From positions 310,001 through 374,000 of the forward strand of contig OZ237740.1 of the NCBI GenBank assembly GCA_965178125.1: DNA of 64,000 nt, written 5' to 3'. The first letter of the stretch is position 1, and each line of letters begins with the position of its first letter. The position numbers were made by a program, and so were the translations under genes. Shown piece by piece: positions 12,092-24,046 of the stretch. This stretch comes from Bilabrum cf. latius (Eukaryota). The notes beneath the pieces are model-generated. The model saw only the letters and a program-made list of their open reading frames with translations, had not been told where the DNA came from and did not search any database.

Positions 12092-14812
12092 TCACTTGCA
12101 CGTGGCATACACAGTGGACACACCACGTCCCTGAATGTCCAGCTCGTAGTCCTGCTCCGGAACACCGACGGCCAGGGCGCGCCTGGATGCATCGTAGCGA
12201 GCTTGCTCTTTCCCTTCCAGCCTCGAGTCGTACGATGAGAACATGCCCGAGTCGAGGCTTCTGTGCTCCCTCTCTGCTTTAGCATACTCTGCACGAGCCG
12301 CCTCCAGACCGCGCCTGGCATCATCAGCCTCGCCAGCCGACGTTGGAAGGTAGTGGTCCAGCCACTTCATACCGGTGCCACTCGTCGCCATCACCTGCAG
12401 GCACATGTGAGTGCTGGTGTGACGGTGCTTCTGGGTGGTAGGGAACGGCTTCAGGTCCGACTCGACGTGGAAGGGGTGCCCGAAGTTCACACCGAGGACG
12501 GCGCGCATCGCATTCATGCCGAAGCTTCTAGTCTCGGCCATGGACTCCAGCCGAGGATACAGACTGCTGCCGCGACTCCCGCTGTTGCAAGCTGATGGCA
12601 ATTGAATCGACACCGGGACTGGCTGGAAGTCATCGGGCTCGGCATACAGAGCCCAGGTGCCTGCCACAGGGAGCCTCTCGCCGATTGAAGTAGCGTCTTG
12701 CCCTGGCTCAGATCCAGCAGCGGATGTGCCAGCGTCTGCGAACATCATCAGCGGGGCCACGCGATCCACCGACACTTCCAGAAGCATTGGTGGCTTCACC
12801 TCTGTCATCGCGCTCTTGTGTTGGCCATCCCAGCTCAGCTGAATGCCGTACTCATACTACATCGGTGCATCATCCAGCTGACACTGAGTCAACCCCCGCC
12901 GGAGCCCGCTCAGCCCATACGACTGCAGCTTGAACGTGCTAGCCACATCGGCCGGATCAACCTTGCGGTAGATCACGTGGACTCCCCCGATGCTGTCTTC
13001 TCGCCCCTTCGCACTTACACGCGGACTCAGCGATGCATCAGGCGACCCCTCCTCGTCGTGCTGCAGCTTGCCAGCCGTGTACACGCCGGCCTCGGACCGT
13101 AACAGGCTGCCCTCCACCGCGCGGAAGAGCGGCTTCGTCTTGCACTTCTCGCTCCCGATGCTGTGCAGGCCACCCCACACCAGCTTCGCACCTGTTGCCT
13201 CCGGCAGCGTGATCTCCACAGGGCGCACGTACCCCACTTCCAGCGGCGAGCAGAACGAGGACGCCAGACACACGTGCCGGGCCTGGCACAGACCGTCCGG
13301 CTCTGAGTCGCCCTTGACACCGCACCTAGGCAGCGGGTGCCTGCACACCCCTCCCTCCTGCTCCGCCTTTTTGCGGTACTTGTCCGGGCAGTAGTCGCCA
13401 GTGCCCAGGATCGCATGCAGGGCGCGCTTCCGGATCGATTCGAGCTTAGTAAGCCGGCACGTCTCGCCCAGCAGCGCCTCTTCCCCCTCGGGCAGCGGCC
13501 TGCCGTACTTGTGCTCGAATGACGTGCACTCCAGGCTAGACGGCGGCTGGTATCGAGTGCTGCGGCGCTTGCCGCACGCCAGGTGGATGCCGCTGCCATC
13601 GCCCCCAGCGGACCCATCAGCCGCCGACTCGCCAGAGACGTACGACATGTAGTGCGACACGGAGCTGAGGCACGCCCTGCACGCGTCTGTCGCCTGCTGG
13701 TGGTACTCGTTGACGATCTTGGTGGTGGTGCTGCCGTCCGCATGCCTGTGCTCGTGCTCTGACTCGAACTTGTTCACGAGAGCAAACTCCGAGTCGTTCA
13801 GGTGGCAGGACTTGCGGAAGGCCTCGTGCTTCCTGGCCATCTCGTCGCAGTCCTGCAGCGGGTACGGCTTGGCCTCTGGGAATCCATTCGCGCTGCGCTC
13901 GTTGTGGATCTTGATCAGGTAGTTGAGCACCTCCTCGCAGTCTGCCTTGGGCAGGCCCGTCTCGGCCGACAGCCGCAGCAGCGTGCTTGCACCGTGCGAC
14001 GCAAACACGTTGTGCGAGGCCTGCCGAATGCGCTCCTGCATGGCGGCTTCGATGAGGAACTTCCTGGCCTTGGCGGCTTGCAGCACCTGGGATAGTGGGA
14101 TGTCCTTGCGCTCGTTGCCGTCGGCGTCCAGCATCTAGGTATCCCCGGACATGAAGCACATCCTCCCGACCGCTTCCATGCTCTCCACCCTGCCGCGGCT
14201 CGACCGCTTGCCTGCCTCCATCGCTATGCGAGTGCACGCCTCCCAGTCGCCGAAGAGAGCCAGGCCGTGCAGGGCCCAGAACTTCATGTCCACCACGGCC
14301 GGCATCGTGTCCACCGTGGTGGCCCAGCGCTTGAGCCCAGCCATCATCGTCTCGCGGTCCTGCGTGGCGCTGACGAGGCTGGGCTCGCCTCCCCTGACGC
14401 TCACCGTGACGTCTGTGGCGAGCTGAGCAGTGCGCCGAGACTTGCCGGACGACCACGCCGCGCTGAGATCCAGTCCTGCCTTGCCCCCACTGGAGGCCAG
14501 CTCTGCCAGCTGCAGGGCCCGTTGGATGGTGGGCCCGTCCTCGCGGATGGAGCTGGTCTTGTACGAGGTGTCCACGACTTCCTCCCGCCCGTCCACGATG
14601 CGGGTGTACTTGGTGCTGGTGGTGGTGGTGTGGTTGGAGCGAGACGCCGTGAGGATATCACCGACTGAGATGGACTCTGCCGGGTCGAAGCTGGCCTGCA
14701 GGGAGAGGGCGGTGTCGGTGTGCTCGTCCGTGGAGAGCTTCTCGGAGCTGAACTTGCGGGTGACGGGGTAGGTTTCTTCTCTTTTCGTAGCTGATCGGTC
14801 ATGGCCTGGTTG
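12092..14812 (-). CDS. Gene A copy 2 (MACPF-like motif; UAG=Gln); 5' start unresolved
   Basis: Track ORFs 14135-14596, 12857-14134 and 12092-12808 are in one frame joined through TAG; collinear with copy 1. Confidence 0.7.
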
Positions 14813-14889
14813 TCACATAGAACTTGTTGTGGTTTGGCTGCAGTTCCACGCCTACCTGCGAGTGCTCAGGTGCATGACCTTTCGGTGAA

Positions 14890-17800
14890 AAGTCGTATCG
14901 TTACATTCAATCATCATCATCACCTTCGAGATCTCGCACCGGACCCTCGTCCAACACTTAATCTCTGTTGCACTCATCGAGACTCCCGAGTTCACTCAGG
15001 ATGATCCAGAAGCACCTATACCTCGCCGTGGTGGGTTGTGCTGCAGCTGGAGCTCCTGGATCCTCGGGCTCGATCTCTTGAGGAGGTGCTTCGCCAGGGT
15101 CAGCAGCTGCGACTGCTCCTCCCCGGGCTCCGCCCTGCAGGTTGAGTGCGACCGGCAAATCTCCCTGCTGCTGGTCGGCTTCAGCTTCGGTCTGTACAAC
15201 GACTGCTGCGAGTGCTGCGGCCTCTGCCGCCTCACCTGCCGCTGCCACTGCTGCTGCTTCCTGTTGCTGTTCCGCTCTCTCTGCGTCCTCCCTCCTCTTC
15301 TCCTCCTCGGCAATGGCACGACGCGTAGTAACCAGCTGAACATGTTTGTAATAGTCGTTCATGTACTTCGCCCGTGTCGTTGCCAAACTCATCGTGATGC
15401 GCCTGGCCCACGTCCTGACCTGTGCGTCCACGCTCTTGCTCTGCTCTGGCCCAACTCGCTCTCGCCTGATCCTCGCCAGTTCCTCTAAGACCTTCCATGC
15501 GCCGGTACCATGTGTCCCGGTGTGTAGAATGACGAAGTCTCGGAAAATGTACCTCTCCGGGTACTTAAGGTGTTTGCGGACCTTCTCGTTGGGCGCGTTG
15601 CCTCCCACTGGCACCTGTCCTGCGATCAGCCTCGTCTGGTCCTTGGGTTGGTAGTACATCTGCAGCTTCACCTACGCCCCTGCGTATAGTGCGCTCTCGT
15701 TCTGCCAGTCTGACCCCGACCGCTTGCCTGGTCCCTTCGTTTCGTCAAAAATGCGGCGTGCATACTTACTCGTGTGTGCTTGTGCCACAAGCACGTCGAC
15801 GACTACGTTGGTGCCATCCTTCCTTGTGTAGATCGCGTCCGCGTATCTACCTCTCTCCTTGAACAGCCCACGTGGTTTCATCGTTCTACGAAATCCTACG
15901 GCGGTGTCGATGATTATGCCGAGGATCCCTTCGATTGCCACGCTGCCTCGCGTGGCGAAGCCCTTCTGGAATGTGTGCTGTTGTCCTGATCCGCACCGTG
16001 CCCAATGCAGTGGGTCGTGCAAATATCCCTCCTTGCCACACCTGGGCATCGGGCACGTGTGGTTCTTCTCCTTCTCGAGGTCGTGCTGCCCCTCTGTCGT
16101 CAGCTTGGTCCGCAGCTGAGCGACGGGGCGCGCTTTGACGTAGGGCACGTACAGCCTGGCGCATACCTCCTGTTGGAAGACGGCCTCAGTGATGCCTCCG
16201 TGGCATTGCCTGATGGGTTTTGCTGTATGTGCACTCCTGCGTGAGCGAATTGCGATCATCACGTCCTGCACCTGTTGCCGTTGTTGCCGCGTGTAGTCGA
16301 GGGGGGTCTCGCCCAACAGTTTGCCTGCTTCGTGCTCCAACATAAAACGTTCGCACTAGGCGCACGCTGCTGCAGCCCTGAGCAGGCTCTGATGGTTGCC
16401 TCCCATGATGACGCGCTCTGGTCCGCCTACTACAGCTTCAGATGCACCCAGTCTGACAGGTTCTTACTCTCCATGAGCCATGCTGGGGGTTTTGGTATCG
16501 CCTTCTTTGCTCGAGCGAGATAATCCGTCCCGGTGGACGGTCCCCGTTCTGCGGGTGGGGGTGAAGTCGGATCTCCGGGGATCTCGAGTGATTTGCCAGG
16601 CGGGGGCATGATCACGTTTGCCAACTTGGGTCCTGTCTGCGGGTCTCGAGCAGCTGCTTGGAACTTCTGTGAGTTCCATACTGTCTGTAGGAAAGTGGGA
16701 AACAAATCGGTATCGAGAGGCTAAAACGGCTATACGTTCCATTCATGCTCGTTGGGCAGTTCCTTCTTGTCCCAAATTAGCCTCTTCATCTTGTCCAAGG
16801 TGTACCTGAGGGCCCAGTCTGCCACCTGCAGCAGGGGGGCACTGTGCAGGCCAAAGGAGGGAGCCCGCTGCTCAACCTCGCCATCTCTCGCCGGCTCGAC
16901 CAGGGAGTCGAGAGAGTTCAGGTATGGTAGGTCATACTTGTTTCCCATGCTGAACAGACCCACCACGACGTCCAGGCACATTCCTGAAAACATCGCGAGC
17001 CTGATCAGCAGTGGGGGTACCAGACCTATGTCCAGGCCACCTTGCGCCTGAGACGAATTTCTTGCCTGCTTTGCAATGGCGATTCTGAGCTAATCGTCCA
17101 GTTTCTCGAGCATTGTCGAGTTGAAATTGGAAGCGTAGTCGCCGATCACTTGGGACAAACGCTCCAACTTGCAAACGTGCCGCTGCCCGTGAGGCCCAGC
17201 GTGGTGCCCGACCTGTGAAGATGGTCCCACATGGGTTTCACGCAGTCTCGGAACGCTCGGAAAGCCTCGGAGGGTGGTAGTTGCACACATAACATGCTCA
17301 TCTAACAACACCTCTTGACTCTGTCCTTGACGAAGTCCTCCACGAACTGCCGCTTGTTGGAGATGGGCACCCCAGACACGACCATGCCGTCGGCTTGGGT
17401 GCGTCCCTCCAGCCGGCCCACGGCGATCGAGGCATTGACCTGAGTCAGCGCATCTGAGGAGTTCGAATAGAACGCTGTCTTGCTGCCTTGCAGCTCGAGA
17501 CCATCCACACTGAGTTCATGCTTCAGTGTGGCGAAAGCAGGGACTATGTCATCATGCAGGCCTAGCATGAACACGTCGTCCGCGATTGCAAGGAACATCA
17601 CGTCCTTGCCCGTGTGGCCTTCCTCTTCCCGCACCTTTTTCAGTGCTCGGTCGAGGGCGAGGCAGAAGATCGGTGCGCTGAGAGGAGAGCCCTAGGGCAC
17701 CCCCTCACAGTTCATCGTCACCTCTGCTTCGCCATCTCCACCCACCACTGAGCCCAGCCCAGCTGTCCGGAACTGAGCGGCGACGTAGGGGAGCGCCTCG

Positions 17801-18740
17801 GACTTGAACTTCTTGAGTGCCTCAAGAACTGCCGCCCGTTTGATGGACCCGAACGCATTCTTCGCGTCACAGTGCACCAGGAGAACTTCGTCTCGCAGGC
17901 CCATCACGAAACGTGCCGAAAAAGATTGCGTCTGTTCCGCATTTTGCCTCTCGATGCCTCTCCCTCTGGGGCACCTCCTGCCTGCGCTGCCGCTGCTGCT
18001 GCTTGCGCTGGTGCTGCCTCTCCCTGTGCCTCTCCCTCTGGGGCACCTCCTGCCTGCGCTGCCGCTGCCGCTGTTGCGGCTGCTGCTGCTGTTGCTTGTT
18101 TCCTCGAGGCCATATCCTGCGCCTTTCCTCGGTGGCGCGTCCCTGTCAAAAACGCGGTGCCTGCTGTGTTCTGTTGCCTGAGCGCCCAAGGAGATGGTTG
18201 GCTCGCTTTCTTTTTGGGGTTGTGGGTTTGTTCTTGGTCTTCGGTTGGATTCGCTGCCGTCGCTGCTTGTCTCGCCCTCTTCCGTGCCGATCTTGTGCCG
18301 AACGTACGCCTGCTTGCGACTGCTTTCCCTTGGCTCGAGTCCGAATCCGTTCACGCCTGCGTTTGTTTCCTAATCGCGCGCTGCTTCTTGTCGGTTGGAC
18401 TCTTCGGGATGGCGCCAATCCGCTCATGATCCGGTGGGCTGCGATCCTGTTCGATTTGCTGAAAGGTTCTACCACGCTTTGCAGTGCATTGCCCTAGTTG
18501 ATCCATTCTGCTACGTTGTTGGCTCTGACATCGTGCTTTAGTCGCGGGTTTGCGAGTGATTGCTGCACCGGCGATTGCAAACCTTTCTGTCTTCCATTTT
18601 TCTTCGAATTCTTCCAGCTCTCCCCTGGTGAGAGCCTTTAGGATCTTAACTAAACCTTCCTTTCTGTCCGGAGGGACAGATGGTTTGGCCATGAGGCGAG
18701 ACCAAACCGATTTTTTTCAAACTGCACGCTATTGATGAAG
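14890..18740 (-). mobile_element. Decayed non-LTR retrotransposon with restriction-like endonuclease (CRE/R2-group), inserted between gene A and gene B; boundaries approximate
   Basis: RT motifs CDAKNAFGSIKR, GVP*GSPLS (TAG 17692-17694 at the conserved Q), IADDV; Zn knuckle CPMPRC...HWARC; RLE-like ADAIY...VVDV and FVILHTG; short (TGA)n 3' tract near 14910-14922; several frameshifts; absent from the other cassette copies. Confidence 0.85.
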
Positions 18741-18815
18741 AAGAAGAAGAGGACAGGAACCTGCATGCGACTTTCGGAAAAGGGATCTTCATTCTACCAG
18801 ATTTCTTCCCATACA

Positions 18816-20231
18816 ATGGCTGGAGTAGCAGGAGCAACTGAAGCCGATAAGACTACAACTTCTGATGACGGCAAGAAGGTGAGGGCCACTACTCATGCGG
18901 CTGATTGGGTCGATGAATCGCTGCGTGCGGACGATGGATGCGAAGCCGTCTCAATCGGTGATGTGAAGTGGGAAATGATGAAAACCCGCATGATTGCATT
19001 CAGCACTTTAGATCATGTGTTTGGCATGCCGGAAGGGTACGCCCTGACCAAGGTGTGCACGTTCGATGAGGACGAGCTCGAGGTTTTCGATACTTCGTCC
19101 GGCAAGGTGGTCGCCACGATCAAGCTTGAACATGGAGGCGACTCGTACTACGATATGTTCTACATTCCCCGATCTGGCATCGTCACCTTAATCGACGTGG
19201 GGGTATACCGCGTGAACCTGCACAAACTCGAAGCAACCGAGCTGCCTGGCTCGAAAGGCTACTGCTACTGGCCTGGGCTACTTGACCGCGCATCTGGTAA
19301 CCAGCTGCGTCCATGGGCCGAATTTGAGGTGTACTGCTACTCGGCTACTACTGGCGAGGAGACCACAATCGAGGCAGTAGAGGTGCAGGCCACCGTTCCG
19401 ATCGAATCGGAGCTTCTGGAAGGCAAGTCGCTCCTCACCCGAGTCGACAAAACGCTGACGGGGCCCATCAGGGGCATGTCTGTCCACAAGGAGCGTCTCG
19501 TTGGATGCGGAGCTCCAGCGCACTACATCAGGCTGCAGGATGGCCGAATCGCAGCATGGGCCGATCACGGGGAGGGGTTCGGTGGTCTGACCATGTGGGA
19601 CATGGCGACCAAGAAGGCTCGATTCGCCGCTGACTGCTTCCTGCTGGAAGGCAACCCGAAATGCGAGGACTGGGAAGAGATCATGGAGGACAATGGAGAG
19701 ACAGAAGGCACCCTTGTGCAGGTGGGTCCCTCCATGGTGGCCCTGCTGCTGGAGAACCACAAGTACGGCATCGTGCTCATCGACGTTGATCGCATGGAGC
19801 AGGTGGGGCTGGCAGCGGAGGGCGAGCACATCCACCTGGCCGAGGCCGTGCATGTGGAGGGCATAGACCATGCCATGCTGGTGGCTGGGACCGTGAGTCC
19901 TGGTAAACTGCAGGTTTGGTGTCCTGCGGATGGTGATGCAGGTTGGTACAAGAAGCAGCAGGAGGTTGAGCTCGGCGAGAAGGTGACGGGAGTGACGGCT
20001 CTGAAGGTGATGCCAGGTGGCAAGCTGCTCGTGTCTGCACGCCAAGGGGAGTTTCTTGATAAGCCATTCGAGAACCACCCCTTCAAGTGCTTCGAGCTGA
20101 AGGGTGTCAAGGTACAGCTGTCGGCTGCGACAGAGGCCATGGATGACCCGGATGGGGATGCTACCGCCAGTGTAAGTGGTAGCATGCTGCTCCAGGCGGT
20201 GAAGACACATGCCGACTCTAGTTCTAGCTGA
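18816..20231 (+). CDS. Gene B copy 2: intact beta-propeller-like protein (471 aa)
   Basis: Uninterrupted ORF; MAGVAGATEADK start shared by all three copies. Confidence 0.85.
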   Translation: MAGVAGATEADKTTTSDDGKKVRATTHAADWVDESLRADDGCEAVSIGDVKWEMMKTRMIAFSTLDHVFGMPEGYALTKVCTFDEDELEVFDTSSGKVVATIKLEHGGDSYYDMFYIPRSGIVTLIDVGVYRVNLHKLEATELPGSKGYCYWPGLLDRASGNQLRPWAEFEVYCYSATTGEETTIEAVEVQATVPIESELLEGKSLLTRVDKTLTGPIRGMSVHKERLVGCGAPAHYIRLQDGRIAAWADHGEGFGGLTMWDMATKKARFAADCFLLEGNPKCEDWEEIMEDNGETEGTLVQVGPSMVALLLENHKYGIVLIDVDRMEQVGLAAEGEHIHLAEAVHVEGIDHAMLVAGTVSPGKLQVWCPADGDAGWYKKQQEVELGEKVTGVTALKVMPGGKLLVSARQGEFLDKPFENHPFKCFELKGVKVQLSAATEAMDDPDGDATASVSGSMLLQAVKTHADSSSS

Positions 20232-20626
20232 TCCGGATCTGATTGATTCCGACCACTAAGATTGAAAGACTGAGTGTTTACCCCGAGCAGGTTTGCCTGG
20301 CTGTCAATTCTGCTATATGGACTCGGACATCAGGATTGAAGCGACGGGGAGCAGAGGTGAGCCGGAAGACGAGGCGGGCGCAGGAGGACAGGAGGTGGAG
20401 AGGAAGAGAGGGGACACCGGCACAGGCGACGATAGTGCGGTAACAGGGAGAACACAACAGGAGGAAGGGAGCTCCAGGTGCCGGGCACAACGGGTGTGGT
20501 CAGAGAAACAAATCTGATTTGTAGTCTAGGTTCAGAAATTGTAAATTATAACTTATGCTCCCAGACCTGGCTGATGAATCGCACGCATCCGATTTGGGAA
20601 AAGCTCATTCTAGCCCATCCAGGATC

Positions 20627-21158
20627 TCAAAAGCGACCTCCCATCACGGATGCTGTAGTGCACCACACACTCGCAGCACCCTGCCCCCAGCCCAATTCAA
20701 AAGCGACCTCCCATCGTGGATGCTGTAGTGCACCACACACTCGCAGCACCCTGCCCCCAGCCCAATTCAAAAGCGACCTCCCGTCACGGATGCTGCAGTG
20801 CACCACGCACTCGCAGCACCCTGCCCCCAGCCCAATTCAAAAGCGACCTCCCATCGTGGATGCTGTAGTGCACCACACACTCGCAGCACCCTGCCCCCAG
20901 CCCATCTCAAAAGCGACCTCCCAGCGAGGATGCTGTAGTGCACCACACACTCGCAGCACCCTGCCCCCAGCCCAATTCAAAAGCGACCTCCCGTCACGGA
21001 TGCTGTAGTGCACCACGCATTCGCAGCACCCTGCCCCCAGCCCATCTCAAAAGCGACCTCCCATCACGGATGCTGTAGTGCACCACACACTCGCAGCACC
21101 CTGCCCCCAGCCCAATTCAAAAGCGACCTCCCATCGTGGATGCTGCACTGCACCACAC
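20627..21158. repeat. ~70-bp minisatellite (array 3)
   Basis: Same unit, directly 3' of gene A copy 3. Confidence 0.95.
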
Positions 21159-21202
21159 AATCATCGTATCCAATCCGGCTCACCCAAAAGTGATGTGAAC
21201 TC

Positions 21203-22900
21203 TCACTTGCATGTGGCATACACTGTGGACACAGTAACCCCCTGAATGTCCAGCTCGTAGTCCTGTTCCGGCACCCCGAGTGCCAGGGCGCGCCTGGATG
21301 CATCGTAGCGAACTTGCTCTGCGTCATTCAGGGTTTGTTCGGGCGTCGAGATCCAGCCCGAATCTAGACGCCTGTGCTCTCGGACTGCGTTGGCGTACGT
21401 TGTACGAGCTGTCTCCAGCCCGCGCCTGGCATCATCAGCCTCGCCAGCCGACGTTGGAAGGTAGTGGTCCAGCCACTTCATACCAGTACCACTCGTCGCC
21501 ATCACCTGCAGGCACATGTGAGTGCTGGTGTGACGGTGCTTCTGGGCGGTAGGGAATGGCTTCAGGTCCGACTCGACGTGGAAGGGGTGTCCGAAATTCA
21601 CACCGAGGACGGCGCGCATTGCCACCGTGCCGACACTTCTGGTCTCCGCCATGGACTCCAGCCGAGGATACAGACTGCTGCCGCGACTCCCGCTGTTGCA
21701 AGCCGATGGCAATTGAATCAACAGTGGAGCTGGTTTGCCGGGCAGCGGCTTGGCATACAGAGTCCAGGTGCCTGCCACAGGGAGCCTCTCGCCGATTGAA
21801 GTAGCGTCCTCCCCTGGCTCAGATCCAACCGCCGATGTGCCAGCGTCTGCGAACATCATCAGCGGGGCCACGCGATCCACCGACACTTCCAGAAGCATTG
21901 GTGGCTTCACCTCTGTCATCGCACTCTTGTGCTTGTCACCCCAGCTCAGCTGAATGCCGTGCGCATACTTCATCGGTGCATCATCCAGCTGACAAGACGT
22001 CAAGCCACGCCGCAGCCCGCTCAGCCCATACGACTGCAGCTTGAACGTGTTAGCCACATCGGCCGGATCCACCTTGCGGTAGATTACGTGGACTCCCCCG
22101 ATGCTGTCCTCTCGCTACTTCGCACTCGGACTCGGACTCGGACTCAGCGATGTATCAGGCGACCCCTCCTCGTCGTGCTGCAGCTTGCCAGCCGTGTACA
22201 CGCCGGCCTCGGACCGAAGCAGGCTGCCCTCCACCGCGCGGAAGAGCGGCTTCGTCTTGCACTGCTCGCTCCCGATGCTGTGCAGGCCATCCCACACCAG
22301 CTTCTTCTTCGTGGCCCCCGGCAGCGTGATCTCCACAGGACGAACGTATCCCACTTCCAGAGGCGAGCAGAACGAGGATGCCAGACACACGTGCCGGGCC
22401 TGGCACAGACCGTACGGCTCTGAGTCGCCCATGACACCGCACCTAGGCAGCGGGTGCCTGCACACCCCTCCCTCCTGCTCCGCCTGTTTGCGGTATTTAT
22501 CCGGGCAGTAGTCGCCAGTGCCCAGGATAGCATGCAGGGCGCGCTTCCGGATTGCCTCGAGCTTAGTAAGCCGGCATGTCTCGCCCAGCAGCGCCTCTTC
22601 CCCCTCGGGCAGCGGCCTGCCGTACTTGTGCTCGAATGACGTGCACTCCAGGCTAGACGGCGGCTGGTATCGAGTGCTGCGGCGCTTGCCGCACGCCAGG
22701 TGGATGCCGCTGCCATCGCCCCCAGCGGACCCATCAGCCCCTGACTCGCCAGAGACATACGACATGTAGTGCGACACGGAGCTGAGGCACGCCCTGCACG
22801 CGTCTGTCGCCTGCTGGTGGTACTCGTTGACGATCTTGGTGGTGGTGCTGCCGTCCGGATGCCTGTGCTCGTGCTCTGACTCGAACTTGTTCACGAGAGC
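21203..22900 (-). pseudogene. Gene A copy 3, 3' part (disrupted by SDR2)
   Basis: Homology to copies 1 and 2 stops at ...GAGAGC|22901 and resumes at 29911 AAACTCAGAG. Confidence 0.85.
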
Positions 22901-23587
22901 GATCCTGTAATGCTTGCTCGGAGTTCAGTAACAAATGTGTAGACCCACCAGTTAATGGTGCTGAGAAAGAGAGCGACGGGGCACAGGACCAGGGTCAGAC
23001 TCCCGCCGCGGAGTCGCCTGGTCCACTGGGTCGCCTCCCGCGACCCCTGCCGGCACGGCCGGTGCGCCCCGTCGTCTCAGGGAAACGACTCCCTGCCGAT
23101 GGGTCAATCAATTCACACAAATCACTACATCCCCAGGCAGCCCTCTTGGCTGCCTCCCCCTTGGCCGAATCGTGGGTGGGTGGGAGAGAAGAACGCTACT
23201 GGCTTGGGCTGCTTCTGTATTTCTTTGCTAATCCTGTCTAGCGCAGAGGCTGATCTCTCTCTTTCCCCAGTGTAGACTCGAACCGGAATGACACCTCGCC
23301 GGTCGATCACAGGATCACGCCAGTATCAGCTGAACGTTCGCGAACGAACAGCTGACCCTGCCCGGATCCTGTAATGCTTGCTCGGAGTTCAGTAACAAAT
23401 GTGTAGACCCACCAGTTAATGGTGCTGAGAAAGAGAGCGACGGGGCACAGGACCAGGGTCAGACTCCCGCCGCGGAGTCGCCTGGTCCACTGGGTCGCCT
23501 CCCGCGACCCCTGCCACCTTTGATGAACTTGGGCTGCTGTGTTGTGCAGCTGTTCCAAGTATGCCCCGCCACCACTCTTGATCTGTG

Positions 23588-23990
23588 TCACTTACTACCG
23601 ACAACAGCTTTCCTGAATGCTCTTGCTGTCGCGTTCACCCGCATGGTGAAATTACTGGCCATGTAGGACTTGCAGGCCTCGACTTGGACCAAAGTCGCCT
23701 GCTGGCAGAGGTCCTCACGATCATACCCCCCGACACACCGAGGTGTTGCCCCACTCCGGCGGTTCGCATGTGCAGCGAAATACGCCGGCCTTCTAACTGA
23801 CCGAGATGGTATCCAGTCCTGAGGACGTATCCCCATCTGGGTTGGTGCCCGACCTGCGGACCACGTTAAAACCAATGCATCCGGCAATGCTATACCAATA
23901 CCAGCTGCTGAGTCTGCAACATAATATGCGCTGCTCGAACCTGGTATAGTCTAAGCCTATCTTCCAGCCATCCCGCATGCAATCATCCAA
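23588..23990 (-). pseudogene. Tyrosine recombinase C-terminal remnant of SDR2
   Basis: YFAAHANRRSGAT...EACKSY resembles YR box II (HxxRRxGAT...Y); same position relative to the inner repeats as in SDR1. Confidence 0.65.
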
Positions 23991-24046
23991 TCATACGATC
24001 ATTGGCATCTTTGCAAGTAGGCGACCACAAGCGCCGGAACGGTGCG

